NCBI GenBank assembly: GCA_029979265.1
Contig: JAPOHW010000013.1
Coordinates: 8,739-72,738, forward strand
Reading direction: 5' to 3'
From: Actinomycetota bacterium
Lineage (GTDB): Bacteria; Actinomycetota; Acidimicrobiia; Acidimicrobiales; Aldehydirespiratoraceae
Length of the DNA: 64,000 nt
In this document: positions 33,626-48,152 of the stretch, one piece after another
How the letters are laid out: the number at the start of each line of letters is the position of its first letter
Numbering within the stretch: the stretch's first letter is position 1
The notes under the pieces: generated by a model
Databases searched by the model: none
What the model was told of the DNA's origin: nothing
The model's input: the letters and a program-made list of their open reading frames with translations, nothing else
Translations under genes and position numbers: made by a program

Positions 33626-34410
33626 CTGACGACTTCACCACCGAAGAACACACCCCCGATGCCGGCGAAGACACCGTGCCGGCGGAAGACACCGTGCCCG
33701 AGACGGCGGCGCCCGCTTCGACCGCTCCGGTTGGAGCAGGACTCGCAAACGAATGGACCGGCGGCACCGCAGCGCAGCCCGCCGACGGTGAAATCGACGT
33801 CATCGACGAAGACGAGCTTCTCGCCGGTACCGATGCCGCCGAGGAACGCTACGTCAGCCCTTACGACCGGCCGGGCCGCTGGTTCGTGCTCCACACCCAG
33901 TCGGGCTACGAAAAGAAGGTCAAGCAGAATCTCGAAGCCCGCATTGCGTCGATGAACATGGAGGATCGCATCCACGAGGTCGTCATCCCGACTCGTGAAA
34001 TTCCCGAGTTCAAGAACGGCAAGAAGGTGATGACCGAGAAGAAGCTTTTCCCGGGCTACCTCCTGTGTCGGACGACGCTCGACGACGACTCCTGGTACGT
34101 CATCCGCAACACGCCGGGCGTCACTGGATTCGTCAACCAGGGTGGGAAGCCCTCGCCAATGCGACGCCGTGACGTCGAGAACTTCCTCGGTGTCGAAGCG
34201 GACCGCACGCAAGAGGCCACCAAGAAATCCAAGCCGATGTTCGAGTACGACATGGGCGAGACCGTGCGGGTCAAAGAAGGTCCGTTCGCCGACTTCTCGG
34301 GCGAAATCATCGAGATCAACGAGGACCAGCTCAAGGTCAAGGTGCTGGTCAACATCTTTGGTCGCGAGACCCCAGTCGAGCTCGAGTTCGCGCAGGTCGC
34401 CCGACTCTGA
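33622..34410 (+). CDS. nusG: transcription termination/antitermination factor NusG (with ~85-aa acidic N-terminal extension)
   Basis: The NGN domain is RWFVLHTQSGYEKKVKQNLEARI. The KOW domain is GETVRVKEGPFADFSGEIIEINEDQLKVKVLVNIFGRETPVELEFAQV. Confidence 0.92.
   Translation: MTDDFTTEEHTPDAGEDTVPAEDTVPETAAPASTAPVGAGLANEWTGGTAAQPADGEIDVIDEDELLAGTDAAEERYVSPYDRPGRWFVLHTQSGYEKKVKQNLEARIASMNMEDRIHEVVIPTREIPEFKNGKKVMTEKKLFPGYLLCRTTLDDDSWYVIRNTPGVTGFVNQGGKPSPMRRRDVENFLGVEADRTQEATKKSKPMFEYDMGETVRVKEGPFADFSGEIIEINEDQLKVKVLVNIFGRETPVELEFAQVARL
33667..33702 (+). repeat. 18-nt tandem duplication inside the nusG N-terminal extension
   Basis: GAAGACACCGTGCCGGCG / GAAGACACCGTGCCCGAG (16/18 identical), encoding EDTVPA-EDTVPE. 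Confidence 0.8.
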
Positions 34411-34517
34411 TCAGCGGCGGCGCTCGCTCGGGCCGCCAAATCTCCTTGCGCGCAGGTTGGCGCGCGTTCGTATCCGGCCCAGAATGACGGGCCCACAGTT
34501 CTCGCGAGGAAACACCC

Positions 34518-34943
34518 ATGGCCAAGAAGCAGGTCGCTGCTGTCGTCAAGATCCAGATCCCCGCCGGGCAGGCGTCGCCTGCACCGCCCGTCGGCACGGC
34601 ACTCGGTCCACACGGTGTTGCGATCATGGATTTTTGCAAGGATTACAACGCCAAGACCGAGGACAAGCGCGGGCAGATCGTGCCGGTCGAGATCACGATC
34701 TATGAGGATCGGTCCTTCTCGTTCGTTCTCAAGACTCCGCCCACCCCGTTCCTGATTCGTCAGGCCGCAGGCCTCGAGAAAGCGGCCAACGACCCCGGAC
34801 GCGAAGTCGCCGGCTCCATCACCGATGCGCAGGTCACCGAGATCGCGGAACTCAAGATGCCCGATCTGAATGCGATCGACCTCGAGGGAGCCAAACAGCA
34901 GGTCGCGGGTACCGCCCGATCGATGGGCATCAAGGTCATCTGA
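34518..34943 (+). CDS. rplK: 50S ribosomal protein L11
   Basis: [45 protein letters not shown]... is the canonical L11. Confidence 0.95.
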   Translation: MAKKQVAAVVKIQIPAGQASPAPPVGTALGPHGVAIMDFCKDYNAKTEDKRGQIVPVEITIYEDRSFSFVLKTPPTPFLIRQAAGLEKAANDPGREVAGSITDAQVTEIAELKMPDLNAIDLEGAKQQVAGTARSMGIKVI

Positions 34944-35060
34944 ACCACAGATTCGTTCGGGGGTATTTCCTCCGGGAGGACAAGAACTTCGGGCCAAGTC
35001 GGCCCGGCGCTCGTACCGGACGACCTCGCCGGGCGGCGTGAACACAGAGGGAGCCATTCC

Positions 35061-35762
35061 ATGGCGAAGAGCAAGCAGTACACCGACAACGCCCGTAGCT
35101 ACGACCGCGAGCGGTTGCACTCCGACAGCGAAGCCATCGGCATCGTGAAGTCGTTCGGCACGAAGAAGTTCGACGAGACCGTCGAGGTCGTGGTGTGCCT
35201 TGGCGTCGACCCGCGAAAGGCCGATCAGATGATCCGCGGCACGGTGGCGCTTCCGTCCGGCACCGGCAAGGACGTTCGCGTTGCGGTCTTCGCCCAGGGC
35301 GAGGCGGCAACCGCGGCCCGTGAAGCCGGTGCCGAGCATGTCGGCGCCGATGACCTCGCCGCCGAGGTGGAGGGTGGCATGACCGACTTCGACATCGCGA
35401 TCGCGACCCCCGACATGATGCCGACGGTCGGGAAGCTCGGCCGAGTCCTCGGCCCGCGCGGACTCATGCCGAACCCGAAGACCGGCACGGTGACCCCTGA
35501 CGTGGTGAAGGCCATCAACGAGTTCAAGGGGGGCATGGTCGAGTACCGCACCGACCGGTTCGCCAACGTCCATGTGCCGATCGGCAAGGTCAGCTTCGAT
35601 GACGCTGCGTTGCTCACGAACCTTCGAGCCCTCGTGGCCGAACTCGAGCGAGTCAAACCTGCCTCGGCCAAGGGCAAGTACGTGAAGAAGGTCGTCGTGT
35701 CATCGACCATGGGGCCCGGTGTTCGCATCGAGCCCGCCGGGATCGCCGGTTCGGACGCCTGA
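35061..35762 (+). CDS. rplA: 50S ribosomal protein L1
   Basis: 233 aa. [34 protein letters not shown] and [18 protein letters not shown] are present. Confidence 0.95.
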   Translation: MAKSKQYTDNARSYDRERLHSDSEAIGIVKSFGTKKFDETVEVVVCLGVDPRKADQMIRGTVALPSGTGKDVRVAVFAQGEAATAAREAGAEHVGADDLAAEVEGGMTDFDIAIATPDMMPTVGKLGRVLGPRGLMPNPKTGTVTPDVVKAINEFKGGMVEYRTDRFANVHVPIGKVSFDDAALLTNLRALVAELERVKPASAKGKYVKKVVVSSTMGPGVRIEPAGIAGSDA

Positions 35763-35991
35763 CCCGTTTCGATTTCCGGTCGACGGCCCTATCCTTTCGG
35801 AGACAACTGAACGTTGTTCACCGAAGACCTCCGGTGCTCTGCTTTGCAGAACCAATGAGCCCTGGCTCGCCGGACGAGGAGAGCACCTCTGACCGACGTT
35901 TTCGGGCGCCGGAACGGGCGCTTGCCGATTCGGTGGGCGCCCACTGTTCTTTTCCGTTGGAAAGGAACCCGACAACGAAAAAGGAGGTGAG
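35763..35991 (+). promoter_or_regulatory. rplJ 5' leader region (candidate L10(L12)n autoregulatory leader)
   Basis: A 229-nt non-coding spacer with several short hairpins, ending in the strong Shine-Dalgarno AAGGAGG (35981-35987). It is called only by position and by the known existence of L10 leaders in many bacteria. The structure was not verified. Confidence 0.35.
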
Positions 35992-36696
35992 ATGGAAGAC
36001 CCAAGACCAGAAAAGGTCGCCGTCGTCGACGAGGTTCGATCGAAGCTCGACGAAGCAGACGGTGCCCTTCTCACCGAGTACCGCGGGCTGAACGTGCCGC
36101 AACTTGCCGAGCTGCGCAAGGCGCTCCGCGATGCCGGTGGCGAATACAAGATTTACAAGAACAACCTCGTTCGGATCGCAGCAGCCGATGCCGGAATCGA
36201 GATTGCCGACGAGATGCTGAGCGGCCCGACCGCAATTGCGTTCGTCAATGCCGGTGCCGATGGCGCCCCAGGTGACGCAGCGGCTGTGGCCAAGGCGCTC
36301 AAGGAGTTTGCCAAGGGCAACGACAAGCTCGTGCTCAAGGGCGGCGTACTCGACGGCGTGGTGTTGAGTGCTGACGACATCAAGGCGTTGGCCGAACTTC
36401 CGTCCCGCGAGGTCCTGCTCAGCCAGATTGCCGGTCTCTTGCAAGCCCCGCTTGCCGAGTTCGTCAGCCTGCTCGACGCCGTGCCCCGAGAGTTCTCGTA
36501 CGCGCTGCAGGCGCTCATCGAAAAGGGAGGCGCTGGTGAAGCGCCTGCCGCTGATCCATCCGATTCGGCCGACCCGGCCGACGAGACCCCCGCCGAAGCG
36601 TCCGCTGAGGCAGCTGCCACCGACGAACCCGCCGGTGACGAAGAACCCGCCGACGCCGGCGAAACCGACGGCGACAACACTGAAGAGGAGGAGTAG
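35992..36696 (+). CDS. rplJ: 50S ribosomal protein L10 with ~55-aa acidic low-complexity C-terminal tail
   Basis: The core is [53 protein letters not shown]... The tail runs [55 protein letters not shown]. Confidence 0.9.
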   Translation: MEDPRPEKVAVVDEVRSKLDEADGALLTEYRGLNVPQLAELRKALRDAGGEYKIYKNNLVRIAAADAGIEIADEMLSGPTAIAFVNAGADGAPGDAAAVAKALKEFAKGNDKLVLKGGVLDGVVLSADDIKALAELPSREVLLSQIAGLLQAPLAEFVSLLDAVPREFSYALQALIEKGGAGEAPAADPSDSADPADETPAEASAEAAATDEPAGDEEPADAGETDGDNTEEEE

Positions 36697-36698
36697 CC

Positions 36699-37082
36699 AT
36701 GGCTACGACTGAAGAGATTCTCGACGCGATCGGTTCGATGACCGTTCTCGAGCTGAGCGAACTGAAGAAGGCATTCGAAGAGCGTTTCGATGTCACCGCC
36801 GCCGCACCGGCTGCGGTCATGGCTGTCCCTGCAGCCGGTGGTGGCGACGGTGGCGGCGAGGCCGAGGAGAAGGACTCCTTCGACGTCGTTCTGACCGCTG
36901 CCGGCGACAAGAAGATCCAGGTGATCAAGGAAGTCCGTGGCCTCACCAGTCTCGGTCTGAAGGAAGCCAAGGAGCTCGTCGACAACGCACCGAAGCCGAT
37001 CCTCGAGGGCGCCTCGAAGGACGATGCCGAGAAGGCCAAGGAAGCCATCGAAGCTGCTGGTGGCACCGTCGAACTCCAGTAG
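36699..37082 (+). CDS. rplL: 50S ribosomal protein L7/L12
   Basis: 127 aa. [26 protein letters not shown], an Ala/Gly hinge, then [24 protein letters not shown]. Confidence 0.95.
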   Translation: MATTEEILDAIGSMTVLELSELKKAFEERFDVTAAAPAAVMAVPAAGGGDGGGEAEEKDSFDVVLTAAGDKKIQVIKEVRGLTSLGLKEAKELVDNAPKPILEGASKDDAEKAKEAIEAAGGTVELQ

Positions 37083-37123
37083 TTCTGACCCCACTGCACA
37101 CGCAGTGGGATGATCAGCACGTG

Positions 37124-37151
37124 CGAAACCGGCCCCACGGGGCCGGTTTCG
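37124..37151 (+). terminator. GC-rich hairpin downstream of rplL (possible terminator, no U-tract)
   Basis: CGAAACCGGCC-CCACGG-GGCCGGTTTCG. A second hairpin, CCCCACTGC-ACAC-GCAGTGGG, lies at 37089-37109. The lack of a T-run lowers confidence. Confidence 0.4.
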
Positions 37152-37170
37152 TCGCGCCTAGGGTGCGGCT

Positions 37171-38166
37171 GTGACGAACAACGATGCTGCCCCGATCTCT
37201 CATGTGAATGCCTGGCCTGTCGGCGACGAGTTGTTGGTGACCTGGCGCGGGGGCCGAGACGTGTCGGTCTTCGTCTCCGATGACCCGATCGACGCCGGCA
37301 CCGATGTCCGCAAGCCCGACGGTCCTGGCCAGGTCAGCGTTTCGCGGGTCGGGCGGCCATACATCCACCTGTTCGATCCGGGGCGCGGGTTCACCGTTGC
37401 GGCCGAACGACTCGTGTTCATGGACGGTGTTCGGAACTTCCGTGACCTCGGTGGCTATCCCACCGTCGATGGTGATGAAACCCGGTGGGGTCAGGTGTTT
37501 CGCAGCGCCCGCCTCGACGAGACCTCCGACGCCGACCTCGAGCGGATCCGCATGCTCGGGATCTCGAAGGTCTTCGATCTTCGCACCCACAGTGAGGTCG
37601 ACAACAACCCGAACCGACTGCCCGACGAGGTCGATGTCGTCCACCTGCCGATGTCGAGTCAGGTTGCGATGCCGAAAGGGTTGTTCGAACGCATTCTCGA
37701 CGGCGATATCACGAGCTACACCAGGGCCGACATGGCCGATGGCTACCTTCGAATGCTCGAGTCGTTCACCGGCTATCTGTCGACGATGGTCGAGGCGGTG
37801 GCCAACGGCGAGAAGATTCTGTTCCACTGCACCGCAGGGAAAGATCGCACGGGTATCACTGCCATGACGATGCTGGCGATCGCCGGTGTCGCCGACTCGT
37901 ACGTGCTCGACGACTACGAGATCTCGGCTCAACATCAGCCCCAGGAGCGGATCGATCACTTCTCGACCGAGTTGCGCAACGCGGGGCACGACCTCGCCAT
38001 GTTCGATCTCGAGGCGATGCTCGGTTCACCTCGTCCGGTGATGCGGATGACGCTCGACGGCATGCGCGATCGGTGGAACGACCACCCTGGCTACTTCGAA
38101 CACCTCGGACTCGATGCCGGCATCCAAGCATCGGCACGAGAACATCTCCGCTTCACTCAGCCCTGA
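37171..38166 (+). CDS. protein-tyrosine/dual-specificity phosphatase-like protein (CX5R, Y_phosphatase3-like) with extra N-terminal domain
   Basis: 331 aa, GTG start. The catalytic loop is HCTAGKDRTG, and VRNFRDLGGY lies at the start of the phosphatase domain. The first ~80 aa is a separate beta-rich segment. Confidence 0.8.
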   Translation: MTNNDAAPISHVNAWPVGDELLVTWRGGRDVSVFVSDDPIDAGTDVRKPDGPGQVSVSRVGRPYIHLFDPGRGFTVAAERLVFMDGVRNFRDLGGYPTVDGDETRWGQVFRSARLDETSDADLERIRMLGISKVFDLRTHSEVDNNPNRLPDEVDVVHLPMSSQVAMPKGLFERILDGDITSYTRADMADGYLRMLESFTGYLSTMVEAVANGEKILFHCTAGKDRTGITAMTMLAIAGVADSYVLDDYEISAQHQPQERIDHFSTELRNAGHDLAMFDLEAMLGSPRPVMRMTLDGMRDRWNDHPGYFEHLGLDAGIQASAREHLRFTQP

Positions 38167-38216
38167 ACATCAGGTGTGAACGGATGTGACAGTCAGGTTG
38201 CTGATTGCGGAACCCC

Positions 38217-38245
38217 TTGACCGATCCGAGATGGTTTCCTACTGT
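38217..38245 (+). promoter_or_regulatory. candidate sigma-70-type promoter for rpoBC
   Basis: TTGACC (38217-38222), 17-nt spacer, TACTGT (38240-38245). This would give a 5' UTR of about 210 nt before the rpoB GTG. Pattern match only. Confidence 0.4.
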
Positions 38246-38460
38246 TCGCGGATGTTGCGGCCCTTAGGGCCCCAATCAGAGCACCGCCGAATCGAAGGGG
38301 GTGCTTGCAAGGTTGCCTGTGAGTTGCTAAGAGCCTCGGGCCCCGGCTAGTCTGAGCCGTAACGTGGTCGTCGTCGCGCTTCTCCCCACTCTCTCCTGAG
38401 TGGTTCGTCGCGCTTCGGCGGCCATTTGGCGTCCCTTTCCACGATTCCTCAGGAGTCCTC

Positions 38461-41400
38461 GTGACCACACGCGCTGCGCAACGCGAACGGTACTCATTCG
38501 GCAACTTGGAGGAAGTCCTCGAACTTCCTGACCTCATCGCCGTCCAACGGGAGAGCTTCACCTGGCTCCTCGAAGAAGGTCTTGCTCAGACCTTCCGGGA
38601 TATCTCGCCCATCAAAGACTTCACCGAGACACTCCAACTCGAGCTGGAGTTCGATCCCGACGACGAGGATCTGCGCCCGCCGCCGAAGCACTCGGTCGAA
38701 GAGTGCAAGGAAAAGGACATGACCTATAGCGCGCCGATCTTCGTGCGCGCCCGTTTCATGAACGCCAACACCGGCGAGATCAAGGAACAGACAGTCTTCA
38801 TGGGCGACTTCCCCATGATGACCGACAAGGGGACCTTCATCATCAACGGCACCGAACGAGTTGTCGTGTCGCAGCTCGTGCGCTCCCCCGGTGTCATTTT
38901 CCAGCCGGGTGAGCGCTTCCGCCTCCGGAATCTCAGCAAGCATCAGCTTGTCACCGGAACGATCCATCCCTATCGGGGCGAGTGGATCGAAATGGACGTC
39001 GAGCAGAAGCCGGGCAAGGACGTCACCGCCGGAGCTCGTGTTGCGCGCAAGCGCCGCATCTCGCTGTTCACCCTCCTGCGCGCCCTCGGGTACGACGAGG
39101 AGAACGAGCCGGGGTTCCTCGACCGCTTCGTCCAGCACTTCGACTTCCTCGAAGGGCAGTGGGAGAAGGATCGAGAGATCGCCCCCACTCAGGAAGAGTC
39201 CCTGCTCGAGATCTACAAGCGGGCCCGTCCGGGCGAGCCGCCGACCGTGGAGTCGGCCCGGGCCTACTTCCGCAACGCCTTCTTCGAGCCTCGTCGCTAT
39301 GACCTCAGCCGGGTCGGTCGTTACAAGCTCAACCGCAAGCTCGGGCCTGAGCTCGACTTCCTCCAGCAGCAGTTCGGCCTCGATCTGGAACGTCCGGACC
39401 CGAGCCAGTCGGTTCTCGCACAGGCCGAGATGCTCGCGGCAACCACGTACCTGCTGAACCTCGCCAAGGGTGAGCCGGGATACCGCCTCGACGATCAGGA
39501 CCACTTCGCCAACCGCCGCATCCGCAGTGTGGGTGAGCTGATCCAGAATCAGGTGCGTATCGGTCTCAGCCGAATGGAGCGTGTCGTGCGTGAGCGCATG
39601 ACCACGCAGGACGTCGAGGCGATCACGCCCCAGACCCTGATCAACATCCGCCCGGTCGTGGCTGCGATCAAGGAGTTCTTCGGTACGTCCCAGCTCTCAC
39701 AGTTCATGGACCAGGTCAACCCGCTGTCGGGGCTTACGCACCGTCGCCGGCTCTCGGCACTCGGTCCGGGAGGCCTGTCCCGTGAGCGTGCCGGTTTCGA
39801 AGTCCGTGACGTCCACTTCTCTCACTACGGCCGCATGTGCCCGATCGAAACCCCGGAAGGTCCCAACATCGGCCTGATCGGCGGTTTGGCGTCGTTCGCT
39901 CGCGTGAACCCGTTCGGCTTCATCGAATCGCCCTACCGGGTGGTGAAGAACGGCAAGGTCACGGACGAGATCGTCTACCTGACAGCCGACGAAGAAGAGG
40001 AGTACGTGGTTGCGCAGGCGAATGCCCCGCTCGACAAGAACGGCTCATTCGTCAACGACCGCGTGCTGGTGCGGCGTTCGCCCCAGGCTGCGAGTCTCCA
40101 GGATCTTCGGTTGCAGCTGGAACAGGAAGTGTTCTTCGGCGCCACCACCGAGATCTCCTCGGTGCCGCCCGACGAAGTCCAGATGATGGACGTCTCGCCC
40201 AAGCAGATCATCTCGGTTGCCACTGCGCTGATCCCGTTCCTCGAACACGACGACGCCAACCGGGCCCTCATGGGCGCCAACATGCAGCGCCAGGCTGTCC
40301 CGCTGTTGCGGGCGGAAGCGCCGTACATCGGTACCGGCATCGAGGCCCGTTGTGCCTCCGATGCTGCCGACATGGTGTTGGCCGAAGACGACGGCACGAT
40401 CGTCGAACTCGACGGCGACCACATCATCGTCGACTACAAGAAGCTCGGGCAGCAGACGATTCGACTCAAGAAGTTCGCTCGGTCCAACCAAGACTCCTGC
40501 ATCAATCAGAAGATCCGTGTGGCCGCCGGCGACAAGGTGAAGAAGGGCCAACTGCTCGCCGACGGACCGTCGACCGACCTGGGTGAACTCGCGCTCGGCA
40601 AGAACCTGCTCGTCGCCTTCATGCCGTGGGAGGGCTACAACTTCGAGGACGCCATCATCCTCTCCGAGCGTCTGGTGAAGGACGACGTTCTGACGTCGAT
40701 TCACATCAAGGAGCACGAGATCGATGCGCGCGACACGAAGCTCGGGCCCGAGGAGATTACGCGGGACATCCCCAACCTGAGTGAGGAGATTCTCGCCGAC
40801 CTCGATGAACGCGGCATCATCCGTATCGGAGCCGAAGTTGGCCCGGGTGACGTCCTTGTGGGCAAGGTCACCCCCAAGGGTGAAACCGAACTGACTCCCG
40901 AAGAGCGGCTGCTGCGGGCCATCTTCGGCGAGAAGGCCCGGGAGGTGCGCGACACCTCGATGAAGGTTCCGCATGGTGAGGTCGGCAAGGTCATCGACGT
41001 CAAGGTCTTCAATCGTGACGACTCTCACGAGTTGAATCCCGGCGTGAACCAGCTCGTCAGGGTCTATGTCGCCCAGAAGCGCAAAATCAGCGTGGGCGAC
41101 AAGCTCGCCGGTCGTCACGGCAACAAGGGCGTCATTTCGCGGATCCTGCCGATCGAGGACATGCCGTACACCGCCGACGGTCAGCCTGTCGACATCATCT
41201 TGAACCCGCTCGGTGTTCCCTCGCGCATGAATGTCGGGCAGGTGCTGGAGGCCCACCTCGGCTACGCAGCCCGTTGGGGTTGGGACATCGACGGCGAGGC
41301 AGTCGGCGATGTGCCGATTCGCGGAACCGAGTCCAAGACACGGCCGACCACCACACCGTCGACCTTCATCGCGACCCCGGTGTTCGACGGTGCGAAGTGG

Positions 41401-42051
41401 GACGAGAAAGAACTCGCCGGTGACAAGCCCGTGATCGTCGACATCTTGAAGAACCTCAACCCAGAGTCGACCGATGGCGAGACCCGCTTGATCCAAGACG
41501 ACGGCAAACAGGTCCTCTACAACGGGCGCACGGGTGAGGCCTTCGACAACCCGATCATGACCGGGTACGTCTACATCTTGAAGCTCGCCCACTTGGTCGA
41601 CGACAAGATCCACGCCCGCTCGACCGGCCCGTACTCGATGATCACGCAGCAGCCGCTCGGCGGGAAGGCGCAGTTCGGTGGTCAGCGGTTCGGCGAGATG
41701 GAGGTGTGGGCGCTCGAGGCCTACGGTGCGGCCTACCTGTTGCAGGAGCTGCTCACCATCAAGTCCGACGACGTTCTCGGCCGTGTGAAGGTCTACGAGG
41801 CAATCGTCAAGGGTGAGAACATCCCGGAGCCAGGCATTCCCGAGTCGTTCAAGGTGCTCATCAAGGAGATGCAGGCCCTGTGCCTCAACGTCGAGGTGCT
41901 CTCGAAGGACGGTCAGGAGATCGAGATGCGGGAGCTCGACGAGGAGACGTTCCGAACGGTCGAGGAGCTGGGCATCGATCTCCAGCGACCCGAACGCGGA
42001 TCCGACGAGGAAGACGCTGCCCGTGCCGCTGCTCGCGCAGCCCGTGGCTGA
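38461..42051 (+). CDS. rpoB: DNA-directed RNA polymerase subunit beta
   Basis: 1196-aa ORF, GTG start. It shows canonical blocks throughout, for example [32 protein letters not shown] (the rifampicin cluster) and [10 protein letters not shown]. Confidence 0.97.
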   Translation: MTTRAAQRERYSFGNLEEVLELPDLIAVQRESFTWLLEEGLAQTFRDISPIKDFTETLQLELEFDPDDEDLRPPPKHSVEECKEKDMTYSAPIFVRARFMNANTGEIKEQTVFMGDFPMMTDKGTFIINGTERVVVSQLVRSPGVIFQPGERFRLRNLSKHQLVTGTIHPYRGEWIEMDVEQKPGKDVTAGARVARKRRISLFTLLRALGYDEENEPGFLDRFVQHFDFLEGQWEKDREIAPTQEESLLEIYKRARPGEPPTVESARAYFRNAFFEPRRYDLSRVGRYKLNRKLGPELDFLQQQFGLDLERPDPSQSVLAQAEMLAATTYLLNLAKGEPGYRLDDQDHFANRRIRSVGELIQNQVRIGLSRMERVVRERMTTQDVEAITPQTLINIRPVVAAIKEFFGTSQLSQFMDQVNPLSGLTHRRRLSALGPGGLSRERAGFEVRDVHFSHYGRMCPIETPEGPNIGLIGGLASFARVNPFGFIESPYRVVKNGKVTDEIVYLTADEEEEYVVAQANAPLDKNGSFVNDRVLVRRSPQAASLQDLRLQLEQEVFFGATTEISSVPPDEVQMMDVSPKQIISVATALIPFLEHDDANRALMGANMQRQAVPLLRAEAPYIGTGIEARCASDAADMVLAEDDGTIVELDGDHIIVDYKKLGQQTIRLKKFARSNQDSCINQKIRVAAGDKVKKGQLLADGPSTDLGELALGKNLLVAFMPWEGYNFEDAIILSERLVKDDVLTSIHIKEHEIDARDTKLGPEEITRDIPNLSEEILADLDERGIIRIGAEVGPGDVLVGKVTPKGETELTPEERLLRAIFGEKAREVRDTSMKVPHGEVGKVIDVKVFNRDDSHELNPGVNQLVRVYVAQKRKISVGDKLAGRHGNKGVISRILPIEDMPYTADGQPVDIILNPLGVPSRMNVGQVLEAHLGYAARWGWDIDGEAVGDVPIRGTESKTRPTTTPSTFIATPVFDGAKWDEKELAGDKPVIVDILKNLNPESTDGETRLIQDDGKQVLYNGRTGEAFDNPIMTGYVYILKLAHLVDDKIHARSTGPYSMITQQPLGGKAQFGGQRFGEMEVWALEAYGAAYLLQELLTIKSDDVLGRVKVYEAIVKGENIPEPGIPESFKVLIKEMQALCLNVEVLSKDGQEIEMRELDEETFRTVEELGIDLQRPERGSDEEDAARAAARAARG

Positions 42052-42079
42052 GGCCAGAGAGAAGAAGAGGGAGTAACCA

Positions 42080-45994
<3,915 letters not shown>

Positions 45995-46030
45995 GCCGAT
46001 CGACCTGAGCGGTCGAGCGATCTGGTGGAC

Positions 46031-46052
46031 GGCGGGGCCTGAGGGTCCCGCC
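46031..46052 (+). terminator. hairpin downstream of rpoC (weak terminator candidate)
   Basis: GGCGGGGCC-TGAG-GGTCCCGCC (9 bp including one G-U pair), followed by only CTT. Confidence 0.3.
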
Positions 46053-46107
46053 GCTTCGCGATCCACTGCGTTCGCGCCAGGACGGACCGTTGCAGGAGAC
46101 GAGTAGT

Positions 46108-47055
46108 GTGAACGACGGTATGTCTCCGGAGGACCCCGCCCCCAGCGTCGCCATCGTCATCCCCTGTCGCGATGAGGCGATCACGATCCGCCAGGTGGTC
46201 GAGGGTTTTCAACGGTCGATGCCGGACGCTGCGATCATCGTCTGCGACAACGGCTCGAACGATCAGACGGCGTCGCTCGCCCGTGCGGCCGGCGCTCGGG
46301 TGATCGCAGAGCCACAACCCGGAAAGGGTCGCGCGCTGCGTCGACTGCTCGCCGATGTCGACGCCGACTGCTACGTCATGGTCGACGGTGACGCCACCTA
46401 CGATCCGGCGACTGCACCTGCGATGGTCGCAGAGGTGCTCGACAACGGTGTCGACATGGTGGTTGCGAGACGGGTGTCCGATGGCACCGCATTCCCCGGT
46501 GGCCACACGATCGGTAACCGACTGTTGACCTTTGTGTTCCAGCGGCTCTTCCGGCTTCGTCTCACCGACACCTTGAGTGGCTACCGGGCCTTGAGTCGAC
46601 GATTCGTCAAGACCTTCCCGGTCCTCACCCGGGGTTTCGAGGTCGAGACCGATCTCAACGCACATGCGGCAAGTCTCGATCTGCGTCATGTGGAGATCGA
46701 GTCGGCGTACACGAGTCGCCCGACCGGCTCGCACTCCAAGCTCGGAACCTGGCGAGACGGATTTCGAATCCTTCGGCGGATGTTTCGCCTGTTTCGCGAC
46801 TGGCGCCCGCTGCTCACCTTCTCTCTTGCGGGTCTGGCCTGTGTCTTTGCCGCAACCGTGGTTGCGTTGCCGATCGTGCTCGACTTCCTCGACACCGGGT
46901 TGGTGGAACGGCAACCGACCCTGATCGCAGTGGCGGTGGCCTACCTTCTCGGTTTCGGCATGATCTCGATCGGCATGGTGCTCGAGCGGATTGCGCAGAT
47001 GAGACGAGAAGTGACCAGGCTGCTCTACCTCTCGCTTCCTGCACAGCGGACATGA
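46108..47055 (+). CDS. GT2 glycosyltransferase with two C-terminal TM helices (GtrB/CsbB/polyprenol-phosphate-sugar synthase-like)
   Basis: AGGAG at 46094-46098 precedes GTG 46108; alternatives are TTG 46090 and ATG 46120. VAIVIPCRDE, CDNGSNDQT and MVDGDATYD (DxD) are present. The C-terminal helices are LLTFSLAGLACVFAATVVALPIVL and LIAVAVAYLLGFGMISIGMVL. Confidence 0.8.
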   Translation: MNDGMSPEDPAPSVAIVIPCRDEAITIRQVVEGFQRSMPDAAIIVCDNGSNDQTASLARAAGARVIAEPQPGKGRALRRLLADVDADCYVMVDGDATYDPATAPAMVAEVLDNGVDMVVARRVSDGTAFPGGHTIGNRLLTFVFQRLFRLRLTDTLSGYRALSRRFVKTFPVLTRGFEVETDLNAHAASLDLRHVEIESAYTSRPTGSHSKLGTWRDGFRILRRMFRLFRDWRPLLTFSLAGLACVFAATVVALPIVLDFLDTGLVERQPTLIAVAVAYLLGFGMISIGMVLERIAQMRREVTRLLYLSLPAQRT

Positions 47056-48152
47056 TCCATGCTGCGATCGCCACGAAAGCCGAATACATCAAGACGGCGC
47101 CTGTTCTGCGCGAACTCAGCGCTCGCGGCACCGGCTACCGCATCATCGACATCGGCCAGCACGGCGGGCTGTCCCGATCGTTCCGAGCCCCACTGGCGAT
47201 CGAGGAGCCCGCAGTCCAATTGGGGAAGGGCAGTGATGCAGAGACGATCCCCGACGTGGTTCGGTGGGCTGCAGGCGTTGCGAAGCTGCTCGCCCAACGA
47301 CGCAAGACGCTTCGCCGCCAACTCTTCGGAGACGACGACGGGGCGATCTGCCTCGTGCACGGCGACACACCGGCGACACTGCTTGCGAGCCTCCTCGCAA
47401 GGCGAGCCGGGGTTCCGGTGGCCCATCTGGAGTCGGGCCTTCGCAGCTTTCACCTGCTGCAACCGTTTCCGGAGGAACTGAGCCGAATCGTGGTCATGCG
47501 CCTCTCCTCGGTGCTCTACCCCCCGAACGACGACGCAGCGGCAAACATCGCAACGATGCGGCTGAAGGGCGACGTCGTGCAGACGCCTGGAAACACGGCG
47601 ATGGACGCCGTGGTGCATGCAGTGGGGACCGGCGACCGGAAGGTGACGGGCCCGGGCATCATCGCGATCCATCGGGTCGAGAATCTGCACAGAGGTTCGC
47701 GGGTCGACGGATTCATCGAGCTGCTTCGGACGGCTAGCGCCTCTGGCCCGACCCGCTTCCTCGTACATCCGCCGACCGAGCGCGCATTGAAGTCACACGA
47801 TCGCTGGGGCGAGGTCCTCACAGCTGGGCCCGATGTCGCACCGCTCCTTCCCCATGACGAATTTCTCGAGGCATGTGCTGCGGCCCCATGGGTCGTGACC
47901 GACGGCGGATCGATTCAGGAGGAGTGTGCCGTACTCGGGGTTCCCACGCTGCTCTGGCGTGCCAGAACAGAACGACCCGACGGACTCGACGGTTGCGTCG
48001 TGATGTCGAACTACGACCAGACCGTGGTGACGGAGTTCTTTGCCGATCCCGCACGCTACCGGCGAGACCCTCGCCCGTCTGGGCAAACGTCCCCGGCAGC
48101 GGTTGTCGCCGACGACCTCATCGCCCGGATGCAGCAGCGATCAGGTTCCTGA
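47052..48152 (+). CDS. UDP-N-acetylglucosamine 2-epimerase (WecB/Epimerase_2)-like protein
   Basis: ATG overlaps the GT2 stop. VHGDTPATLLASLLA, VAHLESGLRSF and VVTDGGSIQEECAVLGVP correspond to the HGDT / H(V/L)E(A/S)GLR / DSGGxQEE blocks of the family. Confidence 0.75.
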   Translation: MIHAAIATKAEYIKTAPVLRELSARGTGYRIIDIGQHGGLSRSFRAPLAIEEPAVQLGKGSDAETIPDVVRWAAGVAKLLAQRRKTLRRQLFGDDDGAICLVHGDTPATLLASLLARRAGVPVAHLESGLRSFHLLQPFPEELSRIVVMRLSSVLYPPNDDAAANIATMRLKGDVVQTPGNTAMDAVVHAVGTGDRKVTGPGIIAIHRVENLHRGSRVDGFIELLRTASASGPTRFLVHPPTERALKSHDRWGEVLTAGPDVAPLLPHDEFLEACAAAPWVVTDGGSIQEECAVLGVPTLLWRARTERPDGLDGCVVMSNYDQTVVTEFFADPARYRRDPRPSGQTSPAAVVADDLIARMQQRSGS

